From positions 71,132 to 135,131 of the forward strand of contig DCWA01000023.1 of the NCBI GenBank assembly GCA_002327445.1: DNA of 64,000 nt, given 5' to 3'. Each line of letters starts with the position of its first letter. Within the stretch, counting starts at the first letter, position 1. This DNA comes from Desulfobacteraceae bacterium UBA2174 (lineage in GTDB: Bacteria > Desulfobacterota > Desulfobacteria > Desulfobacterales > UBA2174). Shown piece by piece: positions 19,627 through 29,003 of the stretch. Position numbers and translations under genes: made by a program. The notes beneath the pieces were generated by a model. That model was not told where the DNA came from, did not search any database, and worked only from the letters and a program-made list of their open reading frames with translations.

Positions 19627-21236
19627 GCCCGGCGCGCCTGGCCCAGACCGCCAGTTTTCTCCTCTTTGCCGTTCTGCTCTACCTGGCGGCCTTCCCCCTG
19701 GTTCCCCGTCTGCCGGTGGATGCCTTCCTCCGCCTGGATCCGGCCGCGGCCCTGGCCGCCATGCTCGCCGGCCGCACCTGGATTCCCGCTTTCGGTTCCG
19801 CCTTGCTCATCGTCGGCGCCACGGCCCTGCTGGGCCGGTTCTTCTGTGGCTGGGTCTGCCCCCTGGGCGCCACGTTGGATGTCGCCGACCGCTGGACGGG
19901 CCGGCGCGGCAAGGGACGCTTCCAGCGCCTTGCCGCCTGGCGGCCGGTGAAGTACCAGATCCTGCTGGCGCTGGCGATGGGAGCGCTCCTGGGCGTATCG
20001 CTGGTGTTCCTGGTGTCGCCGCTGGCCCTGGCGATCCGGTTTTACGGCCTGCTGGTCAATGCGGCCATCGACGCGGCCGCAGACGCCCTGGTCGAGGGGA
20101 TCCGCCCCCTGGCCCGCTCCCTGCAGTGGTCCCCCCTCGTCTATGCCGACCCGGAAGTCCCGCGCTTTTCCCTGCAAGTCGCCTCCCTGACGATCATGGC
20201 CCTGATCCTGGCCGCCGGGCGCCTGGCGCCCCGCTTCTGGTGCCGCTGCCTCTGCCCGGCCGGCGCCCTCTTTGCCCTGGCGGCCGCCCGCCCCCTCTGG
20301 CGCCGCGCGGTGAGCGCGGCCTGCATCGACTGCGGCCGCTGCCAGCGGGCCTGCCCCATGGGCGCCATCGCGGAGGACCCCCGGCGCACCGCCCATGGCG
20401 AGTGCATCGTTTGCCAGACCTGCGTCCACGTTTGTCCCACGGCAGCCGTGACGTTTCCCCTGTCTTGGTCCTCATCGCCGCTGCCGGCCCAACCGGAACG
20501 CCTCGGTCGGCGCCAGGCGATCGGGGCGGCCTCCGCAGGCGCCGGGTTGGCCCTGCTGGCCATGATCGATCCGGCCTGGCCCGCCGGCCACGACGCGGCT
20601 GCCGGCGAGGGGACCGGCCGCCTCCTCCGACCGCCCGGAGCAGTGCCGGAAACCGATTTCCTGCGCCGCTGCATCGGCTGCGGCCTCTGCATGAAGGCCT
20701 GCCCCACCAACACCCTGCAGCCGGCCGGAACCGCCGCCGGACTCAGCGGCATCTTCAGCCCCCGCCTCGCCCCACGCATCGGCGCCTGCGAACCGGCATG
20801 CAACGCCTGCAGCCAAGTCTGCCCCACCGGAGCGATCCGCCCGCTGCCCCTGGAAGAAAAAACCCGCGCCAAGATCGGCACGGCCTTCATCCTGCGCCAC
20901 AAGTGCATCGCCTGGGAGATGAACCGGCCCTGCCTCGTCTGCGACGAAGTCTGCCCCTACGATGCGATCGCCCTGCGCCGGGTGCCGGACCTGACCGTGG
21001 CGGTCCCCTTTGTGGATGAGACCCGCTGCAGCGGCTGCGGCTTGTGCCACCACCACTGTCCGGTACGCCCCGACGCCGCCATCGTCGTCGAGCCGGTGGG
21101 CGCCCTGCGCCTGGCCGAGGGGAGCTATCGGGACACGGCCCGGCGGCTCGGCCTGAGCCTGGAACTGAAGCCGCCGGCCCCGCCCGTGCCCCCGCCCGCG
21201 GCCGGCCAGGGACTGCCGCCCGGCTTCACCCCGTAA
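19623..21236 (+). CDS. Membrane-bound polyferredoxin, NapH-like N-half fused to a NapG/MauM-like C-half
   Basis: ORF track, 537 aa; its ATGA start overlaps the DUF362 stop. It has hydrophobic segments, two CX3CP motifs (FFCGWVCPLG, WCRCLCPAG) and six CxxCxxCxxxCP ferredoxin motifs. An internal GRRQAIGAASAGAGLALLA segment is followed by LRPPGA..FLRRCIGCGLC. Confidence 0.8.
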   Translation: MSPARLAQTASFLLFAVLLYLAAFPLVPRLPVDAFLRLDPAAALAAMLAGRTWIPAFGSALLIVGATALLGRFFCGWVCPLGATLDVADRWTGRRGKGRFQRLAAWRPVKYQILLALAMGALLGVSLVFLVSPLALAIRFYGLLVNAAIDAAADALVEGIRPLARSLQWSPLVYADPEVPRFSLQVASLTIMALILAAGRLAPRFWCRCLCPAGALFALAAARPLWRRAVSAACIDCGRCQRACPMGAIAEDPRRTAHGECIVCQTCVHVCPTAAVTFPLSWSSSPLPAQPERLGRRQAIGAASAGAGLALLAMIDPAWPAGHDAAAGEGTGRLLRPPGAVPETDFLRRCIGCGLCMKACPTNTLQPAGTAAGLSGIFSPRLAPRIGACEPACNACSQVCPTGAIRPLPLEEKTRAKIGTAFILRHKCIAWEMNRPCLVCDEVCPYDAIALRRVPDLTVAVPFVDETRCSGCGLCHHHCPVRPDAAIVVEPVGALRLAEGSYRDTARRLGLSLELKPPAPPVPPPAAGQGLPPGFTP

Positions 21237-21420
21237 AAATGCCGGCTGCCATTTGAAAAACGGGGCGCCGTGCGTTAGGGTTGGGGGGCTTGAAAAATCA
21301 GACCGATCCAACGGATTGGACAGATCCTGTCGGGTCGGTTTTGGGGCTCGATACAGCAGCGCGAAACGAAACCGCCATTTTAGTCACTTTAATCAGTCAT
21401 CATTTCAGGTACTTTTAAAA

Positions 21421-22290
21421 ATGCACTACGAAGGCAACATGATCCGGCCCCCCAGCGAGGCCGACAGCATCCTGCTGCAGGTCACCGTCGGCTGCAGCCA
21501 CAACAAGTGCACCTTCTGCGGCGCCTACAAGGGCGAGCGCTTCAAGATCAAGCCCGACGAGGTGATCATGGAAGACATCGCCTTTGCCGCCCGCTACGCC
21601 CGGCGCCAACGGCGGGTCTTTCTCTGCGACGGCGACGCCCTCATCGTGCCCCAGAAACGCCTGGTGAAGATCCTCGCCGCCATCCGCGAGCAGCTGCCCC
21701 GGGTAGAACGCGTCGGGGTCTATGCCAACACCAAGGGGCTGGCCATGAAGTCCGATGCCGAGCTGGCCGAACTGGTTTCCCTGGGCCTGGGCATCGCCTA
21801 CATGGGCCTGGAATCCGGCGACGACGAGACCCTGGCCGCGGTGCGCAAGGGGGCCGACAGCCGGCGCATGATCGACATGGGCCGCAAGGCCCGTGCCGCC
21901 GGGCTGAAGCTGTCGCTCACCGTCCTCCTCGGCCTGGCCGGCATCGAGCGTTCGACCATTCATGCCGAGGCCACCGGGCGGGTGTTGACGGCCATCGACC
22001 CCGAATACGTGGGGGCGCTGAGCCTGATGCTGATTCCGGGCACGCCCCTCCATGAAGACTACAGGGCGGGGCGCTTCCGCCTGCCCGATCCCATGGGGAT
22101 GCTGGCCGAACTGCGGGCCATGATCGCCCACACCACCCTTACCGACGGCCTTTTCCACGCCAACCACGCTTCCAACTACCTTCCCATCCGGGCCAGACTG
22201 CCCGAGGACAAGGAGCGCACCCTCGCCCTCATCGACGCGGCCCTCGCCGGCCGCGTGGCGCTGAAGCCGGAGTTCATGCGGGCGCTGTAG
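21421..22290 (+). CDS. Radical SAM-superfamily protein with CX4CX2C cluster motif
   Basis: Internal ATG of ORF 21253..22290, giving 289 aa. Motifs: MHYEGNMIRPPSEADSILLQVTVGCSHNKCTFCGAYKG, then FLCDGDAL, YMGLESGDDETL. Confidence 0.75.
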   Translation: MHYEGNMIRPPSEADSILLQVTVGCSHNKCTFCGAYKGERFKIKPDEVIMEDIAFAARYARRQRRVFLCDGDALIVPQKRLVKILAAIREQLPRVERVGVYANTKGLAMKSDAELAELVSLGLGIAYMGLESGDDETLAAVRKGADSRRMIDMGRKARAAGLKLSLTVLLGLAGIERSTIHAEATGRVLTAIDPEYVGALSLMLIPGTPLHEDYRAGRFRLPDPMGMLAELRAMIAHTTLTDGLFHANHASNYLPIRARLPEDKERTLALIDAALAGRVALKPEFMRAL

Positions 22291-22321
22291 GAACGGCCCG
22301 CGGACCAAGGTGGACGGGCAG

Positions 22322-22384
22322 GGACCTTCACGGGCGGACATGCTCATGCGGTCCTTGCCGGTCAGTGCTTGTCCGTGAAGGTCC
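22322..22384. repeat. Intergenic imperfect palindrome built on GGAC/GTCC cores
   Basis: A perfect 12-bp inverted repeat, ggaccttcacgg (22322..22333) / ccgtgaaggtcc (22373..22384), encloses a smaller ggac-N10-ggtcc hairpin. It lies just after the radical SAM stop. Confidence 0.7.
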
Positions 22385-22548
22385 GTGTCCGCGCGCGCCC
22401 CTATCCCCCGGACTTGCATCCCCGGCTAAACCATTGTATCAAGCCGATCAATTTTCGAGCCACCGCGGTTTGGATGCCGCCGTGGCCCATCCACGTCATC
22501 CCTTGGGCGGACCGCCTGCCGCCGGACCGCCGAGGAAAGGAGATTGCC

Positions 22549-24573
22549 ATGACCAGCAACCCGTCGGTTTCCGCCGCCGAACTGGACCAACTGAGCATCA
22601 ACACGATCCGCACCCTCGCCATGGACGCCATCCAGAAGGCCAACTCGGGGCATCCCGGCGCGCCCATGGGCCTGGCGCCGGTGGGATACCTGCTCTGGAC
22701 CCGCTTTCTCAAGCATCACCCCCGCAAGCCCGACTGGCTCGACCGCGATCGCTTCGTGCTCTCCGGGGGGCACGCCTCGATGCTTCTCTACAGCCTGCTC
22801 TACCTCACCGGCTACGACCTGAGTCTCGATGACCTGAAAAACTTCCGCCAGTGGGAAAGCCGCACCCCCGGCCACCCCGAGCTCGGGGTCACGCCCGGGG
22901 TGGAGACCACCACCGGACCGCTGGGACAGGGATTCGCCAACGCGGTGGGCATGGCCATGGCCGAACGCCACCTGGCGGCGCGCTTCAACCGCCCGCAACA
23001 CACCCTGGTGGACCACCACACCTGGGTGCTCTGCGGGGACGGGGACCTGATGGAAGGGGTGGCCTCCGAGGCGGCCTCCCTGGCCGGGCACCTGGGCCTG
23101 GGACGACTGATCTGCATCTACGACGACAACCGGATCTCCATCGAGGGCAGAACGGACATCACCTTCACCGAAGACGTGGCTCGGCGCTTCGAGGCCTACG
23201 ACTGGCACGTGGTGCGCGTGGCCGACGGCAACGACCTGATCGAACTCGCCGCGGCCCTCCAAGCCGCCAAGGACATCTCCGACAAACCCTCCCTGGTGAT
23301 CGTGCGTACCCACATCGCCTACGGCAGCCCCAACAAGCAGGACAGCCCCGATGCCCACGGCGCCCCGCTGGGGATCGAGGAGGTCGGCCTGACCAAGGCA
23401 TGCCTCGGCTGCCAGCCGGATGAGCATTTCTGCGTCCCGGAGGCGGTGCTGGACCATTGCCGCGGCGCCATCGCCCGCGGAGAAGCCGCCGAATCCGCCT
23501 GGATGAAGACCTTCGACGCCTACCGCCAGACCTACCCGGATTTGGCCGACGAATGGTTGAACGCCGTCTGCGGGTATCTGCCAGCCGGATGGGACAAATC
23601 GCTGCCGGTCTTCGCCCCCGGAAACGGGCCGGTGGCGACCCGGGCCGCATCCGGCAAGGTACTCAACGCCATCGCCGCCATCCTTCCCTCTCTCATGGGA
23701 GGATCGGCGGACCTGGCGCCCTCCAACAAGACATTTCTCACCGGCCTCCCCGAGTTCCAGAAAAACGCCTACGATGGGCGAAACATCCGATTCGGGGTAC
23801 GCGAACACGCCATGGGGTCCATCCTCAACGGGCTGTACCTGCACCACGGCATCCGCCCTTACGGCGGCACCTTCCTGGTCTTCGCGGACTACATGCGCCC
23901 GGCGATCCGCCTGGCCAGTTTGATGAAGCTGCCGATCATCTACGTCTTCACCCATGACAGCATCGCCGTGGGCGAAGACGGCCCCACCCACCAGCCCGTG
24001 GAGCACCTGGCCGCCCTGCGGGCGATTCCCAACCTGACGGTGATCCGGCCCGCGGATGCCAACGAAACCGCCGAGGCGTGGAAAACGGCCGTTTGCCGCT
24101 GCGACGGCCCTTGCGCCCTGATCCTGAGCCGCCAGAAACTGCCGGTCCTGGACCCGGAGACGACCCGCGGCAAACTGGCCTGCGGCGGCTACGTGGTGGC
24201 CGACTGCCTCGGGACGCCGGAACTGATCCTCATCGCCACCGGTTCCGAGCTGCACCTCGCGCTGAAGGCCGCCGGAGTGCTCACCGAACGGGGCCTGGCC
24301 GTGCGCGTGGTCAACCTGCCGAGTTGGGAGCTGTTTGAAAAGGCCGGCGCCGACTACCGCCGCACCATCCTGCCGCCGGAGGTCAAGGCCCGCCTGGCTA
24401 TCGAAGCGGGCATCGGCATGGGCTGGGAACGGTATGTGGGCCCAAACGGGGCGGTGATCGGCATCGACCGCTACGGAGCCTCGGCCCCCGGGGGAACCGT
24501 GATGGAAAAATTCGGCTTCACGGTGGACAACGTGGTTCAAAAGGCGCTGGCGTTGCCGGGAAAGGCCGCATAG
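22549..24573 (+). CDS. tkt: Transketolase
   Basis: Internal ATG of ORF 22369..24573, with AAGGAG upstream, giving 674 aa. Motifs: [81 protein letters not shown]. Confidence 0.95.
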   Translation: MTSNPSVSAAELDQLSINTIRTLAMDAIQKANSGHPGAPMGLAPVGYLLWTRFLKHHPRKPDWLDRDRFVLSGGHASMLLYSLLYLTGYDLSLDDLKNFRQWESRTPGHPELGVTPGVETTTGPLGQGFANAVGMAMAERHLAARFNRPQHTLVDHHTWVLCGDGDLMEGVASEAASLAGHLGLGRLICIYDDNRISIEGRTDITFTEDVARRFEAYDWHVVRVADGNDLIELAAALQAAKDISDKPSLVIVRTHIAYGSPNKQDSPDAHGAPLGIEEVGLTKACLGCQPDEHFCVPEAVLDHCRGAIARGEAAESAWMKTFDAYRQTYPDLADEWLNAVCGYLPAGWDKSLPVFAPGNGPVATRAASGKVLNAIAAILPSLMGGSADLAPSNKTFLTGLPEFQKNAYDGRNIRFGVREHAMGSILNGLYLHHGIRPYGGTFLVFADYMRPAIRLASLMKLPIIYVFTHDSIAVGEDGPTHQPVEHLAALRAIPNLTVIRPADANETAEAWKTAVCRCDGPCALILSRQKLPVLDPETTRGKLACGGYVVADCLGTPELILIATGSELHLALKAAGVLTERGLAVRVVNLPSWELFEKAGADYRRTILPPEVKARLAIEAGIGMGWERYVGPNGAVIGIDRYGASAPGGTVMEKFGFTVDNVVQKALALPGKAA

Positions 24574-24608
24574 GCCGTGTTGAAGCGCGGGCCGAGGGGA
24601 GAATCGTT

Positions 24609-24893
24609 ATGGAACTGAAGATCCTGCTGGCGACTTTCGGCATGGTGTTTCTGGCCGAGCTGGGGGACAAGACGCAGTTGGCGACCTTCTGCATGTCGGC
24701 GGAATGCGACGGGGTGAGAATTTCCGTGTTTCTCGGCTCGGCGGCGGCCCTGGTGCTCAGCAGCCTGCTGGCGGTGTTTCTCGGCCACGTGGTGGGCCGC
24801 TACATTCCCCCGACGGCCATCAAGCTGGCTGCCGGGGCCTTCTTCCTCGTCGCCGGCATCTGGACCCTGGCCGGGGCGATGCGAAGCCTCTGA
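24609..24893 (+). CDS. UPF0016 (GDT1/TMEM165) family single-repeat membrane protein
   Basis: ORF track, 94 aa, with three hydrophobic segments and the family signature ELGDKTQ in the first helix. Confidence 0.8.
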   Translation: MELKILLATFGMVFLAELGDKTQLATFCMSAECDGVRISVFLGSAAALVLSSLLAVFLGHVVGRYIPPTAIKLAAGAFFLVAGIWTLAGAMRSL

Positions 24894-24964
24894 ACCGACT
24901 TGCGGCATCCCTCCGCGGCAGAACCCCACGGCGTCCCTCGCAGGGGGAACCCGAAAGCCGATTT

Positions 24965-25534
24965 TCAGCCAATCAGGGCGTCGATGCGGGCAATGGCGCC
25001 CGGGGCGCCGTTGCGATCCAGCAAGGCGCGCACGGCGCGCAGGCATTCGCGCAGGATCGCCGTCTTGGGATGGGGCGAGGCGAGTTGGGCCTCGGCGGTT
25101 CTCAGGTCGGCCATCATTTCGGACAACGCCTCGAAGGGCCACCGGTAATCGCTGGCATCGGCCTTGATCCGCGCCAGCACGGCTTCGACGGCCTCCCGGG
25201 CCGCCGGCTCGACCACCGCCGCCGACCCCAGACGCACCACCTCGCTGCGGGCCGGAGCCACCGCCCCGCGGCCTTCGAGATAGGCGATGCCCTCGACGGT
25301 GATGCCGATTTTGCCCGACAGGGAAACGATGTCCGCCAGACCGGCGCCGATCAGGGCCTGGCCGGCCTCCTGGGCGTCCTGGCGGTCCATGCCGACCGCG
25401 GCGCCCAGATCGTACATCGACTCGCTGGCGGAGCTCTTTCCGCCGGTACGCCGGTGCAGCTCGGTCAGCATCTGAAGAAAGAAAGGATGATGTTCGTCGA
25501 TGGTCATTTCCCGCACCGATTTTCCAGCGGGCAT
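24965..25534 (-). CDS. Hypothetical protein
   Basis: ORF track, 189 aa, with helical, coding-like composition. An alternative start lies at 25507 (MTIDEHH). No family recognised. Confidence 0.5.
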   Translation of the reverse strand: MPAGKSVREMTIDEHHPFFLQMLTELHRRTGGKSSASESMYDLGAAVGMDRQDAQEAGQALIGAGLADIVSLSGKIGITVEGIAYLEGRGAVAPARSEVVRLGSAAVVEPAAREAVEAVLARIKADASDYRWPFEALSEMMADLRTAEAQLASPHPKTAILRECLRAVRALLDRNGAPGAIARIDALIG

Positions 25535-25636
25535 GGGGCAAGCCGCGCGGGTGACGAAGAACTGGCGATGGAAGGGATTTCTCAGGGTCTGACGGCAGTC
25601 TCTGAAAAAAGTGGCAGCGAAAGACGGACCCGTCGT

Positions 25637-25927
25637 TTAGCTGCTCTTGCCGTTGACCTTTTCACGCAGGATGTTAGAGCAGCGAAACACCACCACGCGC
25701 CGCTTGGACAGCATCATCGGCTCGCCGGTGGCGGGGTTGCGGCCTTTGCGCGCCTTTTTCTCATTGACGCAGAATTTTCCGAAACCGCTGATCAGGATAT
25801 CCTCGCCGGTTTCCATGGTCTGCTTCATGATCTCCAGCAGCGTTTCGACGATTTCGGCGCAACGGTTGCGGGGCAGGCCGAGTTTGTCCGGCAAAGCGTC
25901 GACGATATCTGCCTTGGTGAGCGTCAT
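25637..25927 (-). CDS. ihfA: Integration host factor alpha-like (HU/IHF family) DNA-binding protein
   Basis: Internal ATG of ORF 25637..26032, giving 96 aa. MTLTKADIVDALPDKLGLPRNRCAEIVETLLEIMKQTMETGEDILISGFGKFCVNEKKARKGRNPATGEPMMLSKRRVVVFR closely parallels IHF-alpha. Confidence 0.85.
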   Translation of the reverse strand: MTLTKADIVDALPDKLGLPRNRCAEIVETLLEIMKQTMETGEDILISGFGKFCVNEKKARKGRNPATGEPMMLSKRRVVVFRCSNILREKVNGKSS

Positions 25928-26000
25928 CGGTACAATGCTCCTCTTGCAAGATGATGGATACCGGTGGTGGCCGCGGTCCGGCGGTTCCTCAAACTGGCCT

Positions 26001-26029
26001 TTTCTAATGATAAGTCGTTCTTTTGTCAA
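26001..26029 (-). promoter_or_regulatory. Candidate sigma70-type promoter for ihfA
   Basis: The minus strand reads TTGACA-N17-TAGAAA, about 70 nt upstream of the ATG. Confidence 0.3.
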
Positions 26030-26226
26030 CAAATTCTTACACCCCGGGGAGCCGGCCCGAGGCGGGGGCCGATTATAACCTGCTTGAATTGTTTAAAATA
26101 AGTTGAACCTTGCCCCCGGAAACCGGCTGGCGAAGCGCCTGGAAGACCTCGCCGACCGGCCCGAAGGAACCGTTCGAAACTTGCTGGAGAACTGTTTTCG
26201 TGAATCGTTTCCCGTTAAAATTCAAA

Positions 26227-27141
26227 ATGTTTCAAGGATCCACCCCTCTGGCCGGCGGCCTTCATGCCGGCGGTGCCTTCCTCATCTGGGGCTTGAGCCC
26301 CCTGTACTGGCGCATCTTGACGGACGTGCCCCCCTTTGAAATCATCCTCCACCGCATCGTCTGGTCCCTGGCGCTGTTGCTGCCCCTGGTACTGCTGGCC
26401 GGGCAGACCGGCGATCTGATCCACCTCTTCGCGCGGCCGCGGATGCTGCTTCTGCTCTGTCTGACATCGCTGCTGGTGGCGGTCAACTGGCTGATTTACA
26501 TCTGGGCCGTCAACAGCGGTTTCGTGCTCCAGGCCAGCTTGGGATACTACATCAACCCGCTGGTCAACGTGATGCTGGGCACGCTGTTTCTCGGCGAACG
26601 TCTCACCCGGCGGCAGGGGTGGGCCGTGGCGCTGGCGGCCCTGGGGGTGACGATCCAAACCGTCGATCTGGGCACGATTCCCTGGATTTCCCTGGCGCTG
26701 GCCTTTTCCTTCGGCATTTACGGCCTCATTCGCAAGATGGCCGCCGTGGAAGCCCTGGTGGGGCTGACCATGGAAACCCTGATCCTTTCCATCCCGGCGG
26801 CCGGCATCCTCGTGCATCTGGACCTGGCCGGCCGGGGGGCTTTCGGAAGCTACGGCCGCGCCACCGATCTGATCCTGGTGGGAACGGCCCTGGTGACGGC
26901 GGTGCCCTTGCTGATGTTCAACATCGGCGCCCGCCGCATCCATCTGGCCACGGTGGGGCTGCTCCAGTACATCGCCCCCAGCGGCATGTTCCTGCTGGCG
27001 GTCCTGCGTTTCCATGAGCCGGTGGCCCCGCTGCGCTGGGTGACCTTCGGTCTGATCTGGACGGCGCTGGGCCTCTACTCGGCCGACCTCCTGGCAATGG
27101 CCCGCCAACGCGCCCAACCGATCGCCCCTCGGCGCGCCTGA
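26227..27141 (+). CDS. rarD: EamA/RarD-family transporter
   Basis: Internal ATG of ORF 26110..27141; a GTG at about 26200 is an alternative start. There are ten hydrophobic segments. Motifs: GAFLIWGLSPLYWR, SLGYYINPLVNVMLGTLFLGERL, LLQYIAPS. Confidence 0.8.
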   Translation: MFQGSTPLAGGLHAGGAFLIWGLSPLYWRILTDVPPFEIILHRIVWSLALLLPLVLLAGQTGDLIHLFARPRMLLLLCLTSLLVAVNWLIYIWAVNSGFVLQASLGYYINPLVNVMLGTLFLGERLTRRQGWAVALAALGVTIQTVDLGTIPWISLALAFSFGIYGLIRKMAAVEALVGLTMETLILSIPAAGILVHLDLAGRGAFGSYGRATDLILVGTALVTAVPLLMFNIGARRIHLATVGLLQYIAPSGMFLLAVLRFHEPVAPLRWVTFGLIWTALGLYSADLLAMARQRAQPIAPRRA

Positions 27142-27230
27142 CCGGACGCGGCTGATTCTTGGCGCCAGGGGCGCATGTCGGGCCCGCCAACCGGGGTGGG
27201 CCGCATATCTGTTTCCGGCAAGGGGTTTCA

Positions 27231-29003
27231 ATGAAGCGCATCTGGTCTGAAAAATGGTTCCCGCCCTTCGATCCCGAACAGGATGCCTTGACCTACTGGC
27301 GCGAGCGGATCCTGTTCGGCCTGCTCGTCGGCGGTCTTGGCCTCAGCCCAATTGCCATCATCCCCGCGGTGGTTCTCATCATCAAGCGCGGCCTCTGGCT
27401 GCTGGCCGCCGTCGACACGGTGGCGCTGGCGGTCCTGGTTTACCTTCTGTTCAGCACTCGCCTGAGTTTTTTCACCCGTTCGCTCGGTCTGATCGCCACA
27501 CTTTATGCCATCAGCATAGGCGTTTTGACCAACGCCGGCATCATCAGCGGAGGACCCTTCTGGCTCTTCTTCGTCCCGATTCTCACCAGCCTGCTGCTGG
27601 GCTGGCGGGCCGCCGGCATCGCCGTGCTGCTCAACGCCGTCACCCTTGCCGTGGTCGGCAGTCTCGTCAGCCGGCAGGTAATCGGCCCGCCGCTTTCCTT
27701 TTTCGTCACCCGGGAATCGGCCCTGACGACGCTGGGCAATTTCGTCCTGCTCAATACCGGGGCCACGCTGGTGGTCTCGATCATGATCCACGGACTGGAG
27801 CGCATCATCCACATTCAGCGGGAAACGGCGGATCGGCTGCGGCACGAAATCGTCGAGCGCAAGCGCGCCGCGGCCGCCCTGCGGGAAAGCTCGCGGACAT
27901 ACCGCCAAATTTTTGAAAATATTCAGGATGTTTACTACGAGGCCAGCTTCGACGGCACCATCCTGGAGATCAGCCCGTCGATCCGGAGGATCTCCCGGTA
28001 CGCGCGCGAGGAGCTGATCGGAAAACCGCTGCACGAGGTCTACGCCGATCCCCGGCAGCGGCAGGACTTCATTGCCGCGATGATCGCGCAGCGGCGGGTT
28101 GAGGACTACGAGATCGTCCTGAAAGACAAGGATGGCTCCCAGCACACATGTTCGGCCTTGGCGTCGATCATGGAGGATGACCAGGGGCAGCCGGTCAAGA
28201 TTGTCGGCTCCCTGCGCGACATCACCGCCCGCAAGCAGATCGAGGCGGACCGTCAGCGCCTGGTCGCCACCCACCTCCGGCTTCAAAAGGAAGAATGCCT
28301 GGGGCGGATGGCCGGCGCCGTGGCACACCATTTCAACAATCAATTCAGCGTGGTGATGGGGAACCTGGAAATGGCGACTGAAAATGCCCCCCAAGGATCT
28401 CCCATGCGTAAATTTCTTGACGAAGCCATGGAAGGCGCCCGGCGGGTGACGGAGATCAGCAAGGCCATGCTGATCTACCTCGGGGACGATTTCAGCGCCC
28501 TGGAGCGATTGGATCTTTCGGAAGTCTGCCGGCAGCATCTTCCCCTGCTCCGGGCGGTGTTGCCCCCCGGGGTGCCCCTGGAGCTGGATCTGGCAACGCG
28601 GCCGCTCACCGTCACCGCCAATGCCACCCAGATGCAGCAGGTCTTGATGAACTTGGTTTCCAACGCCTCGGAGGCCATCGGTAGCGGCAGCGAAAAATTA
28701 CATCTGGCCACCGGCCGGGTCGCGGCGAGTGAGGTCCCCACAACCCGGATCGCCCCTGCCGACTGGAAACCCACGACCCCGTTTCTGGCCTGGCTGGCCC
28801 TCTCCGACAATGGGCATGGCATAAAGAACGAAGACCTGGACAAGATTTTTGATCCCTTTTTCAGCACGCGGTTTGTCGGCCGGGGCCTGGGGTTGCCCGT
28901 GGTGATGGGAATCGTCAAGGTCTGGGACGGCGTGGTGGCGGTGGAAAGCACCCCGGGCCGGGGCACGACCTTTCGGATCTATTTTCCCTTGGAGGGAGGA
29001 TGA
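27231..29003 (+). CDS. Membrane sensor histidine kinase (multi-TM N-domain, PAS, DHp, HATPase)
   Basis: Internal ATG of ORF 27159..29003. It has about six TM segments, a PAS region (YRQIFENIQDVYYEASFDG..., DITARKQ), an H-box (GRMAGAVAHHFNNQF) and N/G boxes (LMNLVSNASEAI, DNGHGI, GRGLGLPVV). Confidence 0.85.
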   Translation: MKRIWSEKWFPPFDPEQDALTYWRERILFGLLVGGLGLSPIAIIPAVVLIIKRGLWLLAAVDTVALAVLVYLLFSTRLSFFTRSLGLIATLYAISIGVLTNAGIISGGPFWLFFVPILTSLLLGWRAAGIAVLLNAVTLAVVGSLVSRQVIGPPLSFFVTRESALTTLGNFVLLNTGATLVVSIMIHGLERIIHIQRETADRLRHEIVERKRAAAALRESSRTYRQIFENIQDVYYEASFDGTILEISPSIRRISRYAREELIGKPLHEVYADPRQRQDFIAAMIAQRRVEDYEIVLKDKDGSQHTCSALASIMEDDQGQPVKIVGSLRDITARKQIEADRQRLVATHLRLQKEECLGRMAGAVAHHFNNQFSVVMGNLEMATENAPQGSPMRKFLDEAMEGARRVTEISKAMLIYLGDDFSALERLDLSEVCRQHLPLLRAVLPPGVPLELDLATRPLTVTANATQMQQVLMNLVSNASEAIGSGSEKLHLATGRVAASEVPTTRIAPADWKPTTPFLAWLALSDNGHGIKNEDLDKIFDPFFSTRFVGRGLGLPVVMGIVKVWDGVVAVESTPGRGTTFRIYFPLEGG

